A DNA stretch of 64,000 nucleotides from an uncultured bacterium (lineage in GTDB: Bacteria > Babelota > Babeliae > Babelales > Vermiphilaceae). Where the stretch lies: NCBI GenBank assembly GCA_963707655.1, contig OY970172.1, positions 448,001-512,000 on the forward strand. Direction: 5' to 3'. Under the pieces are notes generated by a model. The model made no database searches. It saw only the letters and a list, made by a program, of their open reading frames with translations, and was not told the DNA's origin. Positions within the stretch are counted from its first letter, which is position 1. The number at the start of each line of letters is the position of its first letter. A program made the translations under genes and the position numbers. This document shows positions 62,915 to 64,000 of the stretch, piece after piece.

Positions 62915-64000
62915 ATGAAAAAAATTAATTTATTTTTTATTATATATACAGCAGCTCTGTGGTGCGCAGAGGTGCCATTATTGAGTCCAGATTTTATTTC
63001 GACCGCGACGTTTGAAAAGCTATTGGCGAAAAAAGAAAAAACGGCAGAAGATTATCTGGATATCGCCGCCATCGCCTATCAAATCCCCGAGGCAGAAAAT
63101 CTGCTTGTCGCCCGTGCAGCGCAAGATCCACAAATATATAAATCTTTGCTCCTATCGACTGCAGGCAGGCGAGATTTTAAAAAACTTGCTTTGTATGCTG
63201 AAAAAGCTATTGAACAAGGAATAATTGAAGGATACTATTACGCAGCATGCGCCAGGATCAGGCTGGGAGATAAATCAAGTCCTCAAGTTCAAGCATATTT
63301 GGATAAAGCAGCTTTTCAGAAAAATGATACGCAAGATGAAGCAAAGTTACTATTGGCACATATCGCTTTTGGGGCAGGAGCCATGGATCAGGTATCACCT
63401 TTGCTTAAAGAATTAGATGCAAAAAATATAGGCGCTGCCTCACTGATGCTTGGTTATGAGTATTTGCTTCATTCGCGCAATTACACCGATAAGAATAATA
63501 CCCGAAAAGCATATGACTATTTCATGAGAGCGATAAAGGGAAAAGCACTGCCGGCTGATATGTATACTGATACCCCGGGCAATGATGCTAAAACAATGGC
63601 CTCTATAGCTCTGGGAATGATGTGGGAATTAAATAAAGTTCCCCAAGACAGGCGAACGAGCCATGAAAACCACTTTGAAAAGGCGTATCAATATTATAAG
63701 CAAGCAAATAATACTGGTGGATTAGTCAGCATGGCGCGCTTGGTATGGACCGGAAAACGACAGGACCCGGCCATGAGTCTTGCACAAGCAATAGAAATTT
63801 TTAAACATGCTGTCAAAAAATCGCCCCTAGCAGCATTTTTCTACGCTACTATTTTGCTCGAAGAAGAAAAACCCTATGAAGCGGTACACATCTTACAAGA
63901 AGCGCTTGCTGATAAAACTCATCGAGAAGCGCTTACAATGCTGCAGTTGGGCATTGCTTACTACTTTGGACTGGGAGTAGATCAAAATAAGGAGAAGGCA
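62915..64000 (+). CDS. Sel1-like repeat secreted protein, 3'-truncated by window end (absent from ORF track)
   Basis: gggg RBS, MKKINLFFII signal; frame read as open to 64000 with AASLMLGYEY, ALIALGMMW and MLQLGIAYYFGLGVDQNKEKA. Confidence 0.85.
   Translation, partial: MKKINLFFIIYTAALWCAEVPLLSPDFISTATFEKLLAKKEKTAEDYLDIAAIAYQIPEAENLLVARAAQDPQIYKSLLLSTAGRRDFKKLALYAEKAIEQGIIEGYYYAACARIRLGDKSSPQVQAYLDKAAFQKNDTQDEAKLLLAHIAFGAGAMDQVSPLLKELDAKNIGAASLMLGYEYLLHSRNYTDKNNTRKAYDYFMRAIKGKALPADMYTDTPGNDAKTMASIALGMMWELNKVPQDRRTSHENHFEKAYQYYKQANNTGGLVSMARLVWTGKRQDPAMSLAQAIEIFKHAVKKSPLAAFFYATILLEEEKPYEAVHILQEALADKTHREALTMLQLGIAYYFGLGVDQNKEKA

Noticed and set aside
63012..63416. Two short + strand ORFs in the track
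   Set aside because: Out-of-frame shadows of the Sel1-repeat gene starting at 62915.

Overview
AT-rich bacterial chromosome segment. The gene content (many signal-peptide hypotheticals, ankyrin, WD40, Sel1 and TPR proteins, spoVG-tRNA-Gln, TroABCD) suggests an intracellular parasite of protists, most plausibly Candidatus Dependentiae/Babelota (TM6); this is an inference. The window opens inside a giant Gly/Thr/Ser repeat fibre protein (>3,400 aa) ending in a peptidase-S74 chaperone domain. Housekeeping genes follow (murF, rsmH, spoVG, tRNA-Gln, ftsH, rpmB, rpsT, mrdA, xerC, DciA-like, murG, PBP1A, rnpB, nth, thrS, ogt, lepA, troABCD), interspersed with candidate secreted effectors. The top candidate for an undescribed system is at 35.3-41.1 kb: a twice-repeated module of a ~900-aa multi-TM sensor / degenerate sigma54-type AAA / Fis-HTH regulator, each with a divergent unannotated micro-ORF (26 and 35 aa, hydrophobic, ending in [Y/F]PPN[A/R]) behind matching TTGATC-N17-TATACT promoter elements. 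Other highlights are SKP1-like+WD40 fusion proteins inserted in the tro operon, a signal-peptide triple-AAA ATPase, a recurrent Met right after predicted signal-peptide cleavage sites, a mitochondrial-GUF1-like lepA, and a small island flanked by direct repeats. Many single-base frameshifts in conserved genes probably reflect assembly indel errors.
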